From: Scyliorhinus canicula
Lineage: Eukaryota
Direction: 5' to 3'
NCBI RefSeq assembly: GCF_902713615.1
Contig: NC_052164.1
Span: 40,349,091 to 40,413,090, forward strand
Length of the DNA stretch: 64,000 nt
Shown here: positions 10,370-22,660 of the stretch, one piece after another
Layout: each line of letters begins with the position of its first letter
Numbering within the stretch: position 1 is the stretch's first letter
Notes under the pieces: generated by a model
Told to the model about the DNA's origin: nothing
The model's database searches: none
The model's input: the letters and a program-made list of their open reading frames with translations, nothing else
Program-made: the position numbers and the translations under genes

Positions 10370-11470
10370 GTTAGAAATGGATAGAACCCAGAGATCCTTG
10401 TGAAGCTAGATTTGGCGCTCTTGGTGTACAAGGCATTTTACAAGAAGGTGGGCATGGTGACAGAGAACTGTGTGGAGTCCAAACAAAAGGGGAGGTCTCG
10501 CTCTTCATGTTTCGGGAGGCATTGAAGGCAGTGGTCTGGCAGCAGTAATAACCTATATGGTCCACAGGGACAAGGTTAAGAGCGCAGAGAGACAGAGGTT
10601 GGTGGGTGACATTGTGGAAGTGGACTGACTGCATTCAGTGGCTCTGACTAGAGAGTTGTTAGCAGAGAGGAAGAACTACAAGTAGAGTTTGATCTATTAA
10701 TGTCATTCATCGCTCAACAGGGTTATTTTATGAGTAGGCCAGCAACCTGCTAACCCATCAGTTGAGGTCATAGGCGGCCATGTGGGACATAATGCAGGTG
10801 ATGGATGAGGAAGGAGGTTTAGCGACGACACCGGAGAAAACTAATGAAGCATTCAAGGTCTTTTACCCGGGGCTGTATTTGTCCGGGCCCCGAGGGGAGG
10901 ACGCAGAGCTGCTGCACTTTTATATTCCCGGAGGTGGAAAGGGGGAAGGGACAGGGTTTGGAGGCATCACTGGGACTGCCGGAGATAATGGAGTCCGTTG
11001 GGTTGATGCCGTCGGTGAAGGCACCAGGGCTGGATGGCTTTCCGGTTGAATTTTATAAAACAGTTTTGGCTGCGTTGGCACCCATCTCCAGCGAAAGTAT
11101 AAAGATTCACTGGCACGGGGGCAAGCTGCCCACTAGGCTGGCTCAGGCATCAATCTCACTGATCCCAATGAAGAAAAGGGACAAAGTGGAGTGTGGGTCT
11201 TACAGGGCCATCTCCCTTCTAAACACTGGTGTGACATTGTCGGCTGTTGTTCTCTTCTCAAGCATTTGCTTGTCACCAGTGGATGGGGCGGGTGGCGGGG
11301 GGTTTCTGGAATGGGAGCAGTGGGAGGGGTGATGCAAGGGGGGTTGATTTGGGGGAATGGCTGTGTTAGTCAAGGGGAAAATGGACAAATGACAACCTGT
11401 TTGTAATTTGGTTGTATCTTCGGCTGACTCTGTGATTTGTTGATGGTAGAAATAAAATATATATATTTTA
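10370..11470 (+). mobile_element. Degenerate L1 ORF2 fragment (duplicate ~33585-34695)
   Basis: KAPGLDGFPVEFYK..QASISLIP..CGSYRAISLLN. Confidence 0.85.
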
Positions 11471-11530
11471 AAATACTCACTAACACTTCTTCAACAGCAG
11501 CAGCCAAACCCACCACCTCTGTGACTAGTG

Positions 11531-11865
11531 TGGCATGGTGGCACAATGGTTAGCACTGCTGCCTCATAGCTCCAGGGTCCCAGGTTCAATTTCAGCCTCG
11601 GATGACTGTCTATGTGGATTTTCTACTTTCTCCCTGTGTCTGTGTGGGTTTCCTCTGCGTGCTAGGGTTTCCTCCCACAGTCCAAAGATGTGTGGGTTAG
11701 GTGGATTGGACCTGCTAAATTGCCCCGAGTGTCTAAAAGGTTAGGTGGGGTTCCTAGGTTACGAGGATGGGGTGGAGTCATTGGCTTAATTAGGGTGCTC
11801 TTTCCAAGGGCCGGTACAGACTCAGTGGGCCAAATGGCTTCCTTCTGCACTGTATATTCTATGAT
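11531..11865 (+). mobile_element. Full-length HE1-like V-SINE (duplicate ~34755-35090)
   Basis: Head, V-domain and tail present. Confidence 0.8.
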
Positions 11866-12839
11866 TTTATTGTTCTTGAAGATGAAGGGTAGTAGATATA
11901 TGTGAACCTGAACTTGCCCTTCAATCTCACATTCTGACTTGGAAATATATCAACTTCCCCTGACTGTCACTGGATAGAAATTCTGGAAATCCCTTCCCAA
12001 CATGTCTGTCAGTTTAGCGAGACCACATGGACTGCTGGGGTTCAAGAAAGTGGCTCAGACCTGCTTCTGAAGGACAATTAGAGGGGAGAAACATACCTTG
12101 GCCTTGCCAGCAATGTTCACATATCAGCTACAATGTTCTCGAATGGTGGGGTAGAATTGCGAGGCCGAGTGGCTGATCATGCTCCTGATTTATTTGTTGT
12201 GGTGTTTGTCTGTTCATGATCACATTGCTGGTTGTTGGTGAGTGAAGCTCAAATTGGCTAACATGTTACCTATATTACCACAGTGACAATACCTCAAAGG
12301 TACTTGATCAGCTGTCAACTACTTTGTGATGTTCTGTGGTCAAGAAGGTCGCTACATGAATGTAAGTCTGTTTTCAAATCAAAGACATATTGAAAACAGG
12401 CCCCACACACAAAACTGACCTCAGCTCAGGATCAATGGATCATCACTGACATTTTTTACAGGCCTTTGAGGAGGCTTCAAAAACTACATTTGACAATGTG
12501 GGTGTGGGGACAGTAATACTTACACAAATTAACTTTTTAATTTGGAAACATGAAGAATATTAAACCCCAGTGTCAGCAGAGATTGAGCCAGTATTATTTT
12601 CAGTGATGTTCAATTGGGTTTCTAACAGAGGATAAATCGATACTGTAAACATGCTTAAATATATGCATCAATATTTTGAGATCTTTTCAAAAATTCAATT
12701 TTACTATTCAGTCTGATTGTGCTGGTTCATGGCAGATGTGACGTTTGGTGATTGGCAACGAATTGCAGTGGAAATTCTTTCAGACGGTTGGTGCAGTCTC
12801 GATGGGCCGAATGGCTGCCTTCTTCACTCTCAGGATTCT

Positions 12840-13380
12840 ATGATGTGGAGATGCCGGCGTTGGACTGGGGTGGGCACAGTAAGAAGTCCAACAAGTTTGT
12901 TTCAAATCACTAGCTTTCATACCTCTTCATTCACCGGATGAAGGAGCAGTGCTCCGAAAGCTAGTGTTTGAAACAAACATGTTGGACTTTAACCTGGTGT
13001 TTTAAGACTTCTTACTGTGCTCACCGCAGTCCAACGCCCGGCATCTCCACATCATGACTAGCTTTTGGTGCATTCCTCCTTCCTCAGGTGAATGGAGAGG
13101 TAGGTTCCAGAAACATTTATACAGACAAAGTCAAAGATGCAAGATGATACTTTGAATGCGGGTAAATAAGTCTTCACAGAGCCAGAGACAGGGGTAACCC
13201 CAGGTAAAAGAGGTGTGAATTGTCTCAAGCCAGGACAGTTGGTAGGATTTCGCAAGCCCCCCAGGTGGGGGGGGGGGGGGGGGGGGGGGGGGGGTGAATG
13301 TAATGCGACATGAATCCCAGGTCCCGGAACTTGGCTATAAGTTTCTGCTCTGCAATTCCGCGTTGTTGCGCGTCCTGTGA
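12840..13380 (-). mobile_element. Penelope-like 3' fragment with a nested opposite-orientation copy
   Basis: Same terminal repeat; the nested piece 12918-13056 is flanked by ACTAGCTTT repeats. Absent from the paralogous site at ~21020. Confidence 0.75.
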
Positions 13381-13499
13381 ATTAGAGATGAGAAACCTTG
13401 GCCTTGCCCGCGACCCTCACATCCCATCAATGAATTAAAAAAGTCAAATTTTGCAGAGAAATGTGTGAATGAGCATGCGATTTTTATTTGGTGAAGGTG

Positions 13500-13900
13500 G
13501 AAAAGCTGATTTCAATCCGAGTTCCAGCTGAGAGGGTGACATTCCCTGTGGAAGCTGGGATATCCCGAATATCCGGAACCCTTTCCCATTTCCCCCTCAG
13601 GCCTCTCAGTGACGAGCCGCTCGCTTCACAAACTCTCCTCCCTCTCGGAAATGACAAAACGCCTTCACTTTCCCTGAGGCACTTTCGCTTTTGGAACAAA
13701 CTGACAACAATGTTCATTTCCAGAGAGAAAGTGAGGCGGCCGCTTTCCCGGGAGACAGAGAGAGAGACAAGAAAGAAACGGGGTGAAAGGAGAGGGAGCG
13801 GATTCACTTTCACCCTCGGAATCGGAGCAGATGAAATATTCTTTCAGTCAAATTCTTGAAAACGGCTCCAGAAAGCAGCGGGAAATGAGCAAGTTGTGCC
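13500..13900. promoter_or_regulatory. Distal kB/IRF motif cluster (putative enhancer) upstream of gene B
   Basis: GGGTGACATTCCC (13534), GGGATATCCC (13557), GGAACCCTTTCCC (13575), TGACG (13610), TTCACTTTCC (13664), ACTTTCGCTTTT (13681), GAGAAAGTGA (13725), TTCACTTTCAC (13803). Present in 5 paralogous copies. Confidence 0.65.
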
Positions 13901-14186
13901 AGTGAAAGAGCAGATTGTGGGACAGCTCAATGGGAGCGGAGTCAGTGTCCATGAAGCGGGGAGCCTGGGCTCTGAGCCGGGCTCTCTGCAATGTTCAAGC
14001 TGTGAAGTGTGGAGAGGACAAGCGCGATGTGAACACACCGGGTCCCGGTGCATTTCAGAGGCAATGGGGCCCCGGGTCAGCTCGAGAAGCCGCCGCACCG
14101 GATTCCCGTTCTCGGTGTCGCTGTAATCCGGATGATCAAATCCAGCCCCCAATGCATGTTCCCCCTGCCCCCCCCCCCCCCCCAGC

Positions 14187-14542
14187 AATACTGAGCCTCC
14201 CTCTACACCACCAAACTGCCCCCCCCCCCACAAAACTGACCCTCCCTCTGCACCTCCTTACTGCCCCCCCCAATACTGAGCCACCCTCTACACCACCATA
14301 CTGCCCCCCGAATACTCTGCCCCCCTCTACACCACCTTGCTGCCCCCACAATACTGAGTCCTACTCTACACCACCGTACTGCCCCCCCAATACTGAGCCT
14401 CCCTCTACACCACCCTACTGCCGCCCCCAAATACAGAGGCCCCCTCTACACTACCTTACTGCCCCACAATACTGAGCCTCCCTCTACACCACCTTACTGC
14501 CCCCAATATTGACCCTTCCTCTAATCCACCATACTGCCCCCC
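14187..14542. repeat. Promoter minisatellite, 9 units
   Basis: Unit AATACTGAGCCTCCCTCTACACCACCTTACTG plus a C-run (~37-40 bp). Confidence 0.95.
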
Positions 14543-14544
14543 GG

Positions 14545-14965
14545 GTGATGAGAAGCTTCACAACACTGAGCTGGAAGCCAGCGCTGCTTGGGATTTTCTC
14601 GCAGGGATTTCCCACTCACTGCTTCCGGAGTCTCCAGCTTTCAGCTTCCTGACCTCAAAGAGAAACCGCACAAACTATTGATCTCCTGCAGCTCGAACAC
14701 AAATCCTCCAGCCCATTTTCACTTTTCCAATGTCATGTCCACACCTTAAAGGCGTCAGCATGTCAGAGCCAGTGCCAGCTCCCAGCAGAGTCCACACTCA
14801 CACTCACTCCATTCGCCAACAGAGGCGTTCGCTCCCGGATCACAATCGGCTCCCATTCGACTTTCCCACTTTCATTCGCTTCACAAGAACCTTTCTCGCC
14901 GCTGAACCACGAAGCCGCCGCTTTCTCATCTTTTACATCGGTGTGTGACTCTGGCTCGGTTGCTC
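14545..14965 (+). promoter_or_regulatory. Proximal promoter/5' leader of gene B
   Basis: GGGATTTCCC (14604), AGCTTTCAGCTTCC, TTTTCACTTTTCC (~14716), TTAAA (14746), TTTCCCACTTTCA (14862). Confidence 0.7.
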
Positions 14966-17098
14966 ATGGCTCTGGCGAGTATTTGGAGGTTTGTGACGGT
15001 GTTGTTCCTCTTGTCCGGGACCCTCAGTCTGGGCTGTGAGAGGCTGCAGTTACAGCAAGTTCTGAACACAGAGACACTCAGCAAACTGAATGAAATGGTG
15101 AGTTGAAGCTGGTTTCTGAGCAGCCTGTGAATCACATTGGGTCTAATTGCTGTGAAATGTTATTTCTGAAGAAATAGTTTGGGGTTTTTAATGAGATTTT
15201 ATTTTACTCCTCTCAGGGTGGTTCCTTTCCCAGACACTGTATAAAACACAGGCACGCGCTGAAAACCAAGCCCTTGAACCTGGTGAAACTTTCGAAGGGA
15301 TTAGAGGTGAGTGTGACAATGGTAGCAGCTTCTGTCGTTACATTTCACTCTGTAGTTAGAGCAACAACCTGATCGGAACCGGGAACATCAGGAATTTTCA
15401 ATTGAGAGATTTGTACCCATTGTGATAATGATAGCTGCTTCTGTCGTTATATTTCATTCTGTATCTCACCCATGAACTGTGTCACTCTCTCTTCCCGCAT
15501 TCACTATCTCACTATCTCTAACCCCTGAAAATATGCCCGTCTCTCATCAACTCTTCATTGCAAATTACTTTCTTGTTGCAACTATCGGATTGCTTGAACT
15601 ATCTTAATCTCCCAATGTCACTGTTTCTGAGCCTGTCATTCCTCTGATCAACAATTTCCTCCCGCAAAATATAATTATACTTAAAATCTGTGGACATATA
15701 TTCCAGAGTATTTCCACTTCAGATTGACATTAAGTGCAATCTTACGTGTACAATGCAATTATAATATTCCTAATGTTAACGAAGCACATCTCGTGTCAGA
15801 TATATAGCTTCAGTACAAAACCATTCATGATTATTGCTGATAGATAAGATAGACAAGGAAAAACTTCCCATTAGTTCATGGTACAAGGTCCAGGAGACAC
15901 AGATTTAATATCCACTTAAGGACATCATCCCCAAAGCCACTTTTACCAAATCAGTTGGAGTCAGGGAATTCAGAAATTGGACATCCACAAAACAATCTTG
16001 TCAGGTTTGTTTCCTGGTTGTTATTATTCGCGCGCGATCTCTGACGTTTCTTGCAGTCTTGGGCCGAGCAGTTACCATACCAGGCTGTGATGCAGCCAGA
16101 TATGATGCTTTCTATGGTGCACCTGTAAAAGTTGGTAAGTCATTGTGGACATTCCGAATTTAGGTTCCTGAGGAAGTATAGGCTTCTGTGGGAGGGTTAA
16201 AGTGGGTGGACCAGGACAGATTTTTGGTGATGTGCACACCTAGGAATTTGAAGCTGTCAACCATCTCCACCTCAGGTCCGTTGATGCAAACAGGGGTCTG
16301 TATAAGACTTTGCTTCCTAAAGTCAATGACCGGCTCTTTTATTTTGCTGGCATTGCGGCAGAGATTGTTGTTGTTACAGAACTCCACTGGATTCTCTATC
16401 TCCCTTCTGTATTCTGACTCACTGTTGTTCCAGATCCGACCCACTGTAGTCGTGTCGTCAGCAACACTGTAGATGGCGGTGGAGCCGCATTTTGCCACAA
16501 TCCTATGTGTATAGGGAATATAGTAGGGGGCAAAGTACGGAGTATTGCGTATTTGAGCATTTTAAGTTTGATTTATTTTTGTTCTTCGAAATAATTTATT
16601 CGAATGCTAAAGGTAACAGGTCTCTCTAATATCGTTTTGTATTCTGTACAGAAAGAGGATCAGATCCAGATTCTCCATCAGACCCTGCGTCACATCAGCA
16701 AGATCTACAGCATGAACCTGGGCTCAGTCACCTGGGACCGGGACACGGTGGAAAACCTCCGCCTTCTCCTGGACCGACAGCTCAGTGAGCTGGAAGAATG
16801 TGTCAGGAATCAGGGATCAGAGCACAAGATGAGGAGAAACTCCACCATTCATAATTACTTTAGGAAACTGGAGAAGTTTCTCAATCAGGAGGTGGGACAA
16901 TTGATAATTGACTGTGTGATTACTGGCTGGTCGATCATTTCACCCGATCAACATTAATTTATTTTCTAATACACTTTCCTGAATAATTTTCTTTTTCAGA
17001 AATTCAGTGACTGTGCCTGGGAAATAATCCGCACTGACACCAGGGCCCGATTACAACAGATGCTTTTCATAATGCTGCAAATCAGCAGAAGAAACTGA
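14966..17098 (+). CDS. Type I interferon, subtype B copy 1 (4 exons, 186 aa)
   Basis: Exons 14966-15097, 15217-15306 (GGSFPRHCIKHRHALKTKPLNLVKLSKGLE), 16652-16891 (KEDQIQILHQTLRH...FRKLEKFLNQE), 17000-17098 (KFSDCAWEIIRTDTRARLQQMLFIMLQISRRN*). Canonical splice sites, open frame. Confidence 0.95.
16040..16550 (-). mobile_element. Rex1/Babar-like RT fragment in intron 2 of gene B (duplicate ~39180-40050)
   Basis: VADDTTTVGRI..ESEYRREIE..C..NNL..N.SK.KE.VIDFRK..VEMVDSFKFLGVHI..NLSWSTH. Confidence 0.8.
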
Positions 17099-17832
17099 TA
17101 AATACATTGGTCCAGAATGGGAACAAAGAATGTTTATTTTGAAGACTTTTCATGTGCAGCTATATTTTTATATGGATATTTGAAATTCATTTTATACTTT
17201 ATTGTAATGATGAGAGAATAATGAGTGACTTGATGAAATTGTTCACTGTCTTTATTTATTTTAATTTATTGATACCTACAGTCGCGTTATTGTGGGTGGT
17301 GAGTCTGGTTTGAGAATTGTCTGTCAGGCTTTCAGGATATGGGTTTCCAGACCTTTCCTAAATGGACAACATTTCAAACTATATCAGGCTCTTTAATTGA
17401 TTGATATTTATTTTCATGATGTTTTTGTAGAATGAAATGTTAGAATTTTATTTAATGTGTAAAATGAGTTTAAAATGTTAATTTATTGATATTTATTAAG
17501 AATTGGGTTGTAGAAAATGTTTATCTAAACTGGAAAATTTTATACTGAATGAGAGCATGTATTTATATATTTAATATTTATAATAAATCGTTTTTAATAT
17601 TACACATTTCTAAAGTTATGTTCATTTTTGATTTCTGTCGGTTTGATTTCCACATTACAAATGGTCTGAATTCCCCTATCTGCTGCCTGTTGCTGTTGCT
17701 CATTCTCTGCTCCATTTTCCATTCTCTCCATCCTCTGATTTTCCCTCACCTGGCGGAATTGTAAATTCATTTTGAACTCAACTTACCCAGGTTCTCATAT
17801 TTTCTAAACTTCTGCACCTCAACAATATAGTA

Positions 17833-18168
17833 TCATGGAATCCCTACAGTGCAGGAGGAGGCCATTCAACCTATCGGGTCTGTCCCGACCCTCTGAAAGA
17901 GCATCTTAACGAGGTTCACTGCCCTCACCTATCCCTGTATCCCCGTAACCCTTCTTAACCTGCACATCTTTGGACATTAAGGGAAAATTTTAACAGAGCC
18001 AATCTACCTAACCTGCATGTTTTTGGACTGTGGGAGGAAACCAGAGGAAACCGAGGCAGACACGGAGAGAACATGCAAACTCCACACAGACAGTCACCCA
18101 AGGCTGAAACTGAAGCAGTGTCATGTGTGCCGCGATACAGTAACATTAACCACTGTGCCACCATGCCA
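17833..18168 (-). mobile_element. HE1-like V-SINE (inverted paralogue at ~41352-41700 plus)
   Basis: Head, V-domain and tail present. Confidence 0.75.
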
Positions 18169-18235
18169 TCCTTTGATGAAATTCTGGCACTGAGGCTGAG
18201 AGGACTTGGTATAACATCCAGAATAAGAAAGTGAA

Positions 18236-19594
18236 CTGGGCGGCTAACATAGCCATGATAAGGAAGTGGATGGTGGGTACGGGGTCTATCTGGGAGCGGG
18301 TGGAGGCAGCTTTGTGCAGGGGCACCAGTTTGGCAGTCCTGGTCATGGCTCCTCTACCGCTGTCGCCGGCCAAGTATTCCACCAGCACGATAGTGGGGGC
18401 GGCCCTGCGGATATGGGGCCAGTGGAGGAGGCATGTAGGGGAGGTAGGTGTGTCGGTCTGGGCTCCTATATGTGATATTGATTTGCCCCGGGAACATGGA
18501 TGGAGGTTTTCGAACATGGGGTTGGGCGGGGGGAGGAGTGTGGGCGATATGTTCCTGGAGGGGAGCTTTGCGAGTTTGAGGGGCTTGGAAGAGAAATTTG
18601 AGCTGGCAAGGGTAAATGACTTTAGGTACTTACAGATGCAGGACTTTGTCCGCAGACAGGTCCCATCCTTCCCACGCCTCCCGCCAATGGGGATTCAGGA
18701 CAGAATAGTCTTTGGGGGAGAAGGAGGAGATGGTAGAGTCTCGGATATTTACACAGTGCTCATGAAGGGGGAAGAGTCCCAGACGGAGGAACTGAAACTC
18801 AAATGGGAGGCGGAGCTGGGTGGGGAGATGGAGGACAGGCTGTGGGCTGAACCACTGAGTAGGGTAAACTCAACCGCAACATGTGCCAGGCTCGGCCTGA
18901 TTCAATTTAAGGTCGCTCACCATCCCACATGATGATATCTCGGATGAGCAAATTATTTGGGGTAGAGGACAAGTGCGCTAGATGCGCGGGAGGACCAGCG
19001 AACCATTTTCACATGTTTTGGGCATGTCCTAAGCTTAGGGGGTACTGGGAGGAGTTTGCGGGGATCATGTCCCGGGTGCTTAAAACAAGGGTGGTGATGA
19101 GTCCAGTGGTGGCAATGTTTGGGGTTTCGGAAGACCTGGGAGTGCAGGGGAGGAAGGAAGCTGATGTTTTGGCCTTTGCTTCCCTCGTACCCCGGCGGCA
19201 CATATTGCTGGCATGGAGGGACTCAAAACCCCCGAAGACCAAACTATGGCTTTCAGACATGGCTAGTTTTCTGGGTTTGTAAAAAATTAAGTTTGCCTTG
19301 AGGGTATCTGTACTGGGGTCTGCCCGAAGGTGGCAACCATTCATCGACTTCTTGACGGGAGAGTGAACGTCAGCAGGGGGGTGGGGGGGGGGGGGGTGGG
19401 GATTAGAGTAGAGTAGGGGGGATAAATAGGCAGGCACTGTCTATGGGAGAGGAGCGGGCCTGTGCAGTATGGGTCGATTGAGGCGTTGATTTTACGTTGG
19501 TTTTTGCATATTTTTGTCTTTTTTTACTGTTTGATATCTGTAACTGTTTACAATGCCGAAAAATACCTCAATAAAATTGTTTGTTTAAAAAAAA
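18236..19594 (+). mobile_element. 5'-truncated L1 with poly(A) and 16-bp TSD
   Basis: TSD AGAATAAGAAAGTGAA (18220-18235, 19595-19610); CARC..HFHMFWACPKL zinc knuckle. Confidence 0.93.
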
Positions 19595-21139
19595 AGAATA
19601 AGAAAGTGAAAGATGAAGGCATTAATTCAGAAGGGACAGAGAGAAATGGGATTGAGTTTGGAGATGTTGCAGTGTTGAGGTGACAATTTTGCGATCTAAT
19701 GATGCAGAAGTTCAGGCTTATGCTCAGAGGATGTTGGTGAAAATTACACAATTTGATGGGATTTGAATTTAGTTAATCAATCGCAGTAATAGTAAGCACG
19801 ATATTGTACGAAACACTTTCCTGATGCACTCATGTCTGTTCGGGAAGGAAATTGATGCCCCATCCCCGCTCTGGCCTACATGTGGCTACAACAATGTGAT
19901 TGCCTCTTCACAGCCCTCTGATGTGGCCTAGGAGCCATGAACCTCAAGGGCAATTAGGCATGGGCAACAAATGCTGGCCTGACTGGTGATATGGAATTGA
20001 TATGATAGAATTTTGAATACTGACTGTATGACATCAGAACACAAGGAGGAGCAGACCAATTCTGTTCCACCATTCAATTTTGTCTTAAGTGATCTGATTG
20101 TGGCCTTATCCCATTTCCTACTTACCCCCATCACTTTTACTCATTTGTTGATCAGACAACTGTCCAAATCGGGCTTGGATGTATTCAATGATCCTGCCTC
20201 TGTGCAGGTTGCAGAATTTGAAAGATTAATGGCACTTGGAGCAATCAGAGTTTACAATCAGATCGGAGAGGATGTTATCGAATGGTGGGATAGGATGCTG
20301 AGGGCGGGTGGCCTATGATGTTCCTAATTTATATGTTGGGGTGTTTTTCTGTTCATGATCACAACACTGGTTGTTGATAAGTGAAGCACAAATTGGCTAA
20401 TGTGTTTCCTATATTACGACAGTCACAATGCCTCAAATGTACTACATCAGCTGTCGAGTACTTTGTGATGTTCTGTTGTCAGGAAGGGCGCTACATAAAT
20501 GTAATTCTGTTTTCAAATCAAACTCATATTGAAAACTGTCCCCACACAAAAAACCCACCTCAGCTCAGGATCAATGGATCATCGCTGAAATTGTTTACAG
20601 GCCTTCGATAGGCTCCAAAAGCTAGTTTTGACAATTTGGGTCTGAGGACAGTTTTAGTTTCTGAAATTAACTTTTGAATTTGAAAACGGAAAGACAATTA
20701 CACCCCAGTGTCACCAGACATTGAGCCTGTATTATTTTCAGTAATGTTGAATCAGGTTTCCAACAGAGGTAAAATCGATACTGGCATTAAAATGCTTCTG
20801 CGTTTAAATAAAATTGCACGTGGCAACAATCTTAAATATATGCATCAATATTCTCAGATATTTTCAAAAATTCAATGTTGATGTGCAGTCTGATTTTGCT
20901 GGTTCATGGCAGATGTGACGTTTGGTGATTGACAATGAATTGGAGTGGAAAATCTTTCAGAGGGTCGGTGCAGATTGGATGGGCTGAATGGCTGCCTTCT
21001 GCACTGTAGGGATTGTATGATTTTATGAATTAGAGATGAGAAACACACAGTGGCCTTGCCAGCGAACCTCAAATCCCATCAATGAGTAAAATAAGTCAAA
21101 TTTGGCACAGATTTCAGTGAGTGGACCTGAGATTTTTAT

Positions 21140-22528
21140 TTGGTGACGGTGGACATGCTGATTTCTATCCGAGTTCCAGCTGTGAGGGATTGGGTGACAT
21201 TCCCTGTGGAAGCAGGGATATCCCGAATATCCGGAACCCTTTCCCATTTCCCCCTCAGGCCTTTCAGTGACGAGCCGCTCGCTTCACAAACTCTCCTCCC
21301 TCTCGGAAATGACAAAACGCCCTCACTTTCCCTGAGGCACTTTCGCTTTTGGAACAAACTGACAACAAGGTTCATTTACAGAGAGAAAGTGAGGCGGCCG
21401 CTTTCCCGGGAGACAGAGAGAGAAGAAAGAAACGGGGTGAAAGGAGAGGGAGCGGATTCACTTTCACCCTCGGAATCGGAGCAGATGAAATATTCTTTCA
21501 GTCAAACTCTTGAAAACGGCTCCAGAAAAGCAGCGGGAAATGAGCAAGTTGTGCCAGTGAAAGAGCAGATTGTGGGACAGCTCAATGGGAGCGGAGTCAG
21601 TGTCCATGAAGCGGGGAGCCTGGGCTCTGAGCTGGGCTCTCTGCAATGTTCAAGCTGTGAAGTGTGGAGAGGACAAGCGCGATGTGAACACACCGGGTCC
21701 CGGTGCATTTCAGAGGCAATGGGGCCCCGGGTCAGGTCGGAAAGCCGCCGCACCGGATTCCCGCTCTCGGTGTCTCTATAATCCGGATGATCAAATCCAG
21801 ACCCCAATACATGTTCCCCCTGCAACCCCAGCCCCCCCCCCCCAATACTGAGCCTCCCTCTACTCCCCCTTACTGCCCCCCCCCAATACAGAGCCTCCCT
21901 CTACACCACCTTACTGCCCACAATACTGAGCCTCCCTCTACACCATCTTACTGCCCCCCCCACCAATACTGAGCCTCCCTCTACACCTTACTGCCTCCCC
22001 CCCAATACTGAGCCTCCCCCTACACCACCTTTCTGCCGCAAATACTGAGCCTCCCTCTACACCCCCTTACTGCCCCCCCAAAACAGAGCCTCCCTCTACA
22101 CCACCTTACTGCCCCCTGGTGATGTGAAGCTTCACAACACTGAGCTGGAAGCCAGCGCTGTTTAGGATTTTCTCGCAGGGATTTCCCTCTCGCTGCTTCC
22201 GGAGTCTCCAGTTTTCAGGTTCCTGACCTAAGAGAGAATCCGCACAAACTATTGATCTCCTGCAGCTCGAGCACAAATCCTCCAACCCATTTTCACTTTT
22301 CCAATGTCATGTCCACACGTTAAAGGAGACACCAGTGCCAGCTCCCAGCAGAGTCCACACTCACACTCATTCCATTCGGCAACACAGGCGCTCGCTCCCG
22401 GATCACAAGCGGCTCCCATTCGACTTTCCCACTTTCATTCGCTTCACAAGAACCCTTCTCGCCGCTGAACCACGAAGCCGCCGCTTTCTCATCTTTCACA
22501 TCGGTGTGTGACTCTGGCTCGGTTGCTC
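21140..22528 (+). promoter_or_regulatory. Enhancer + minisatellite + promoter of stand-alone exon 1 (copy 1)
   Basis: Paralogue of 13490-14965 with the motifs retained. Confidence 0.6.
21843..22116. repeat. Promoter minisatellite, 7 units
   Basis: Same unit. Confidence 0.95.
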
Positions 22529-22660
22529 ATGGCTCTGGCGAGTATTTGGAGGTTTGGGACGGTGTTGCTCCTCTTGTCCGGGACCCTCAGTCTGGGCTGT
22601 GAGAGGCTGCAGTTACAGCAAGTTCTCAACACAGAGACACTCAGCAAACTGAATGAAATG
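22529..22660 (+). CDS. Stand-alone IFN exon 1 (signal peptide + helix A), candidate alternative first exon of gene A'
   Basis: ATG..GAAATG, 44 open codons, intact GTGAGT donor, preceded by a full B-type enhancer/promoter. No exon 2-4 homologue is visible before the A' promoter (~25000). Confidence 0.75.

Noticed and set aside
11531-11610. tRNA genes
   Set aside because: The A/B-box matches are SINE heads with no complete cloverleaf.
12931-12966. Hammerhead at 12931 (and ~36177, ~24735, 38860)
   Set aside because: Core or helix III is mutated (CGGATGA, AACT instead of AGCT, or truncated).
13488-14475. Recurrent ORFs in the upstream block (also 21140, 36972, 50762, 60010, 60344), including Pro-rich repeats
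   Set aside because: Non-ATG starts, frames and stops differ among paralogues, and no recognisable domain. The Pro-rich part is just the minisatellite translated.
14730-14948. Upstream ORF before the gene B ATG
   Set aside because: The ATG is deleted or the frame shifted in paralogues, and it may lie upstream of the TSS.
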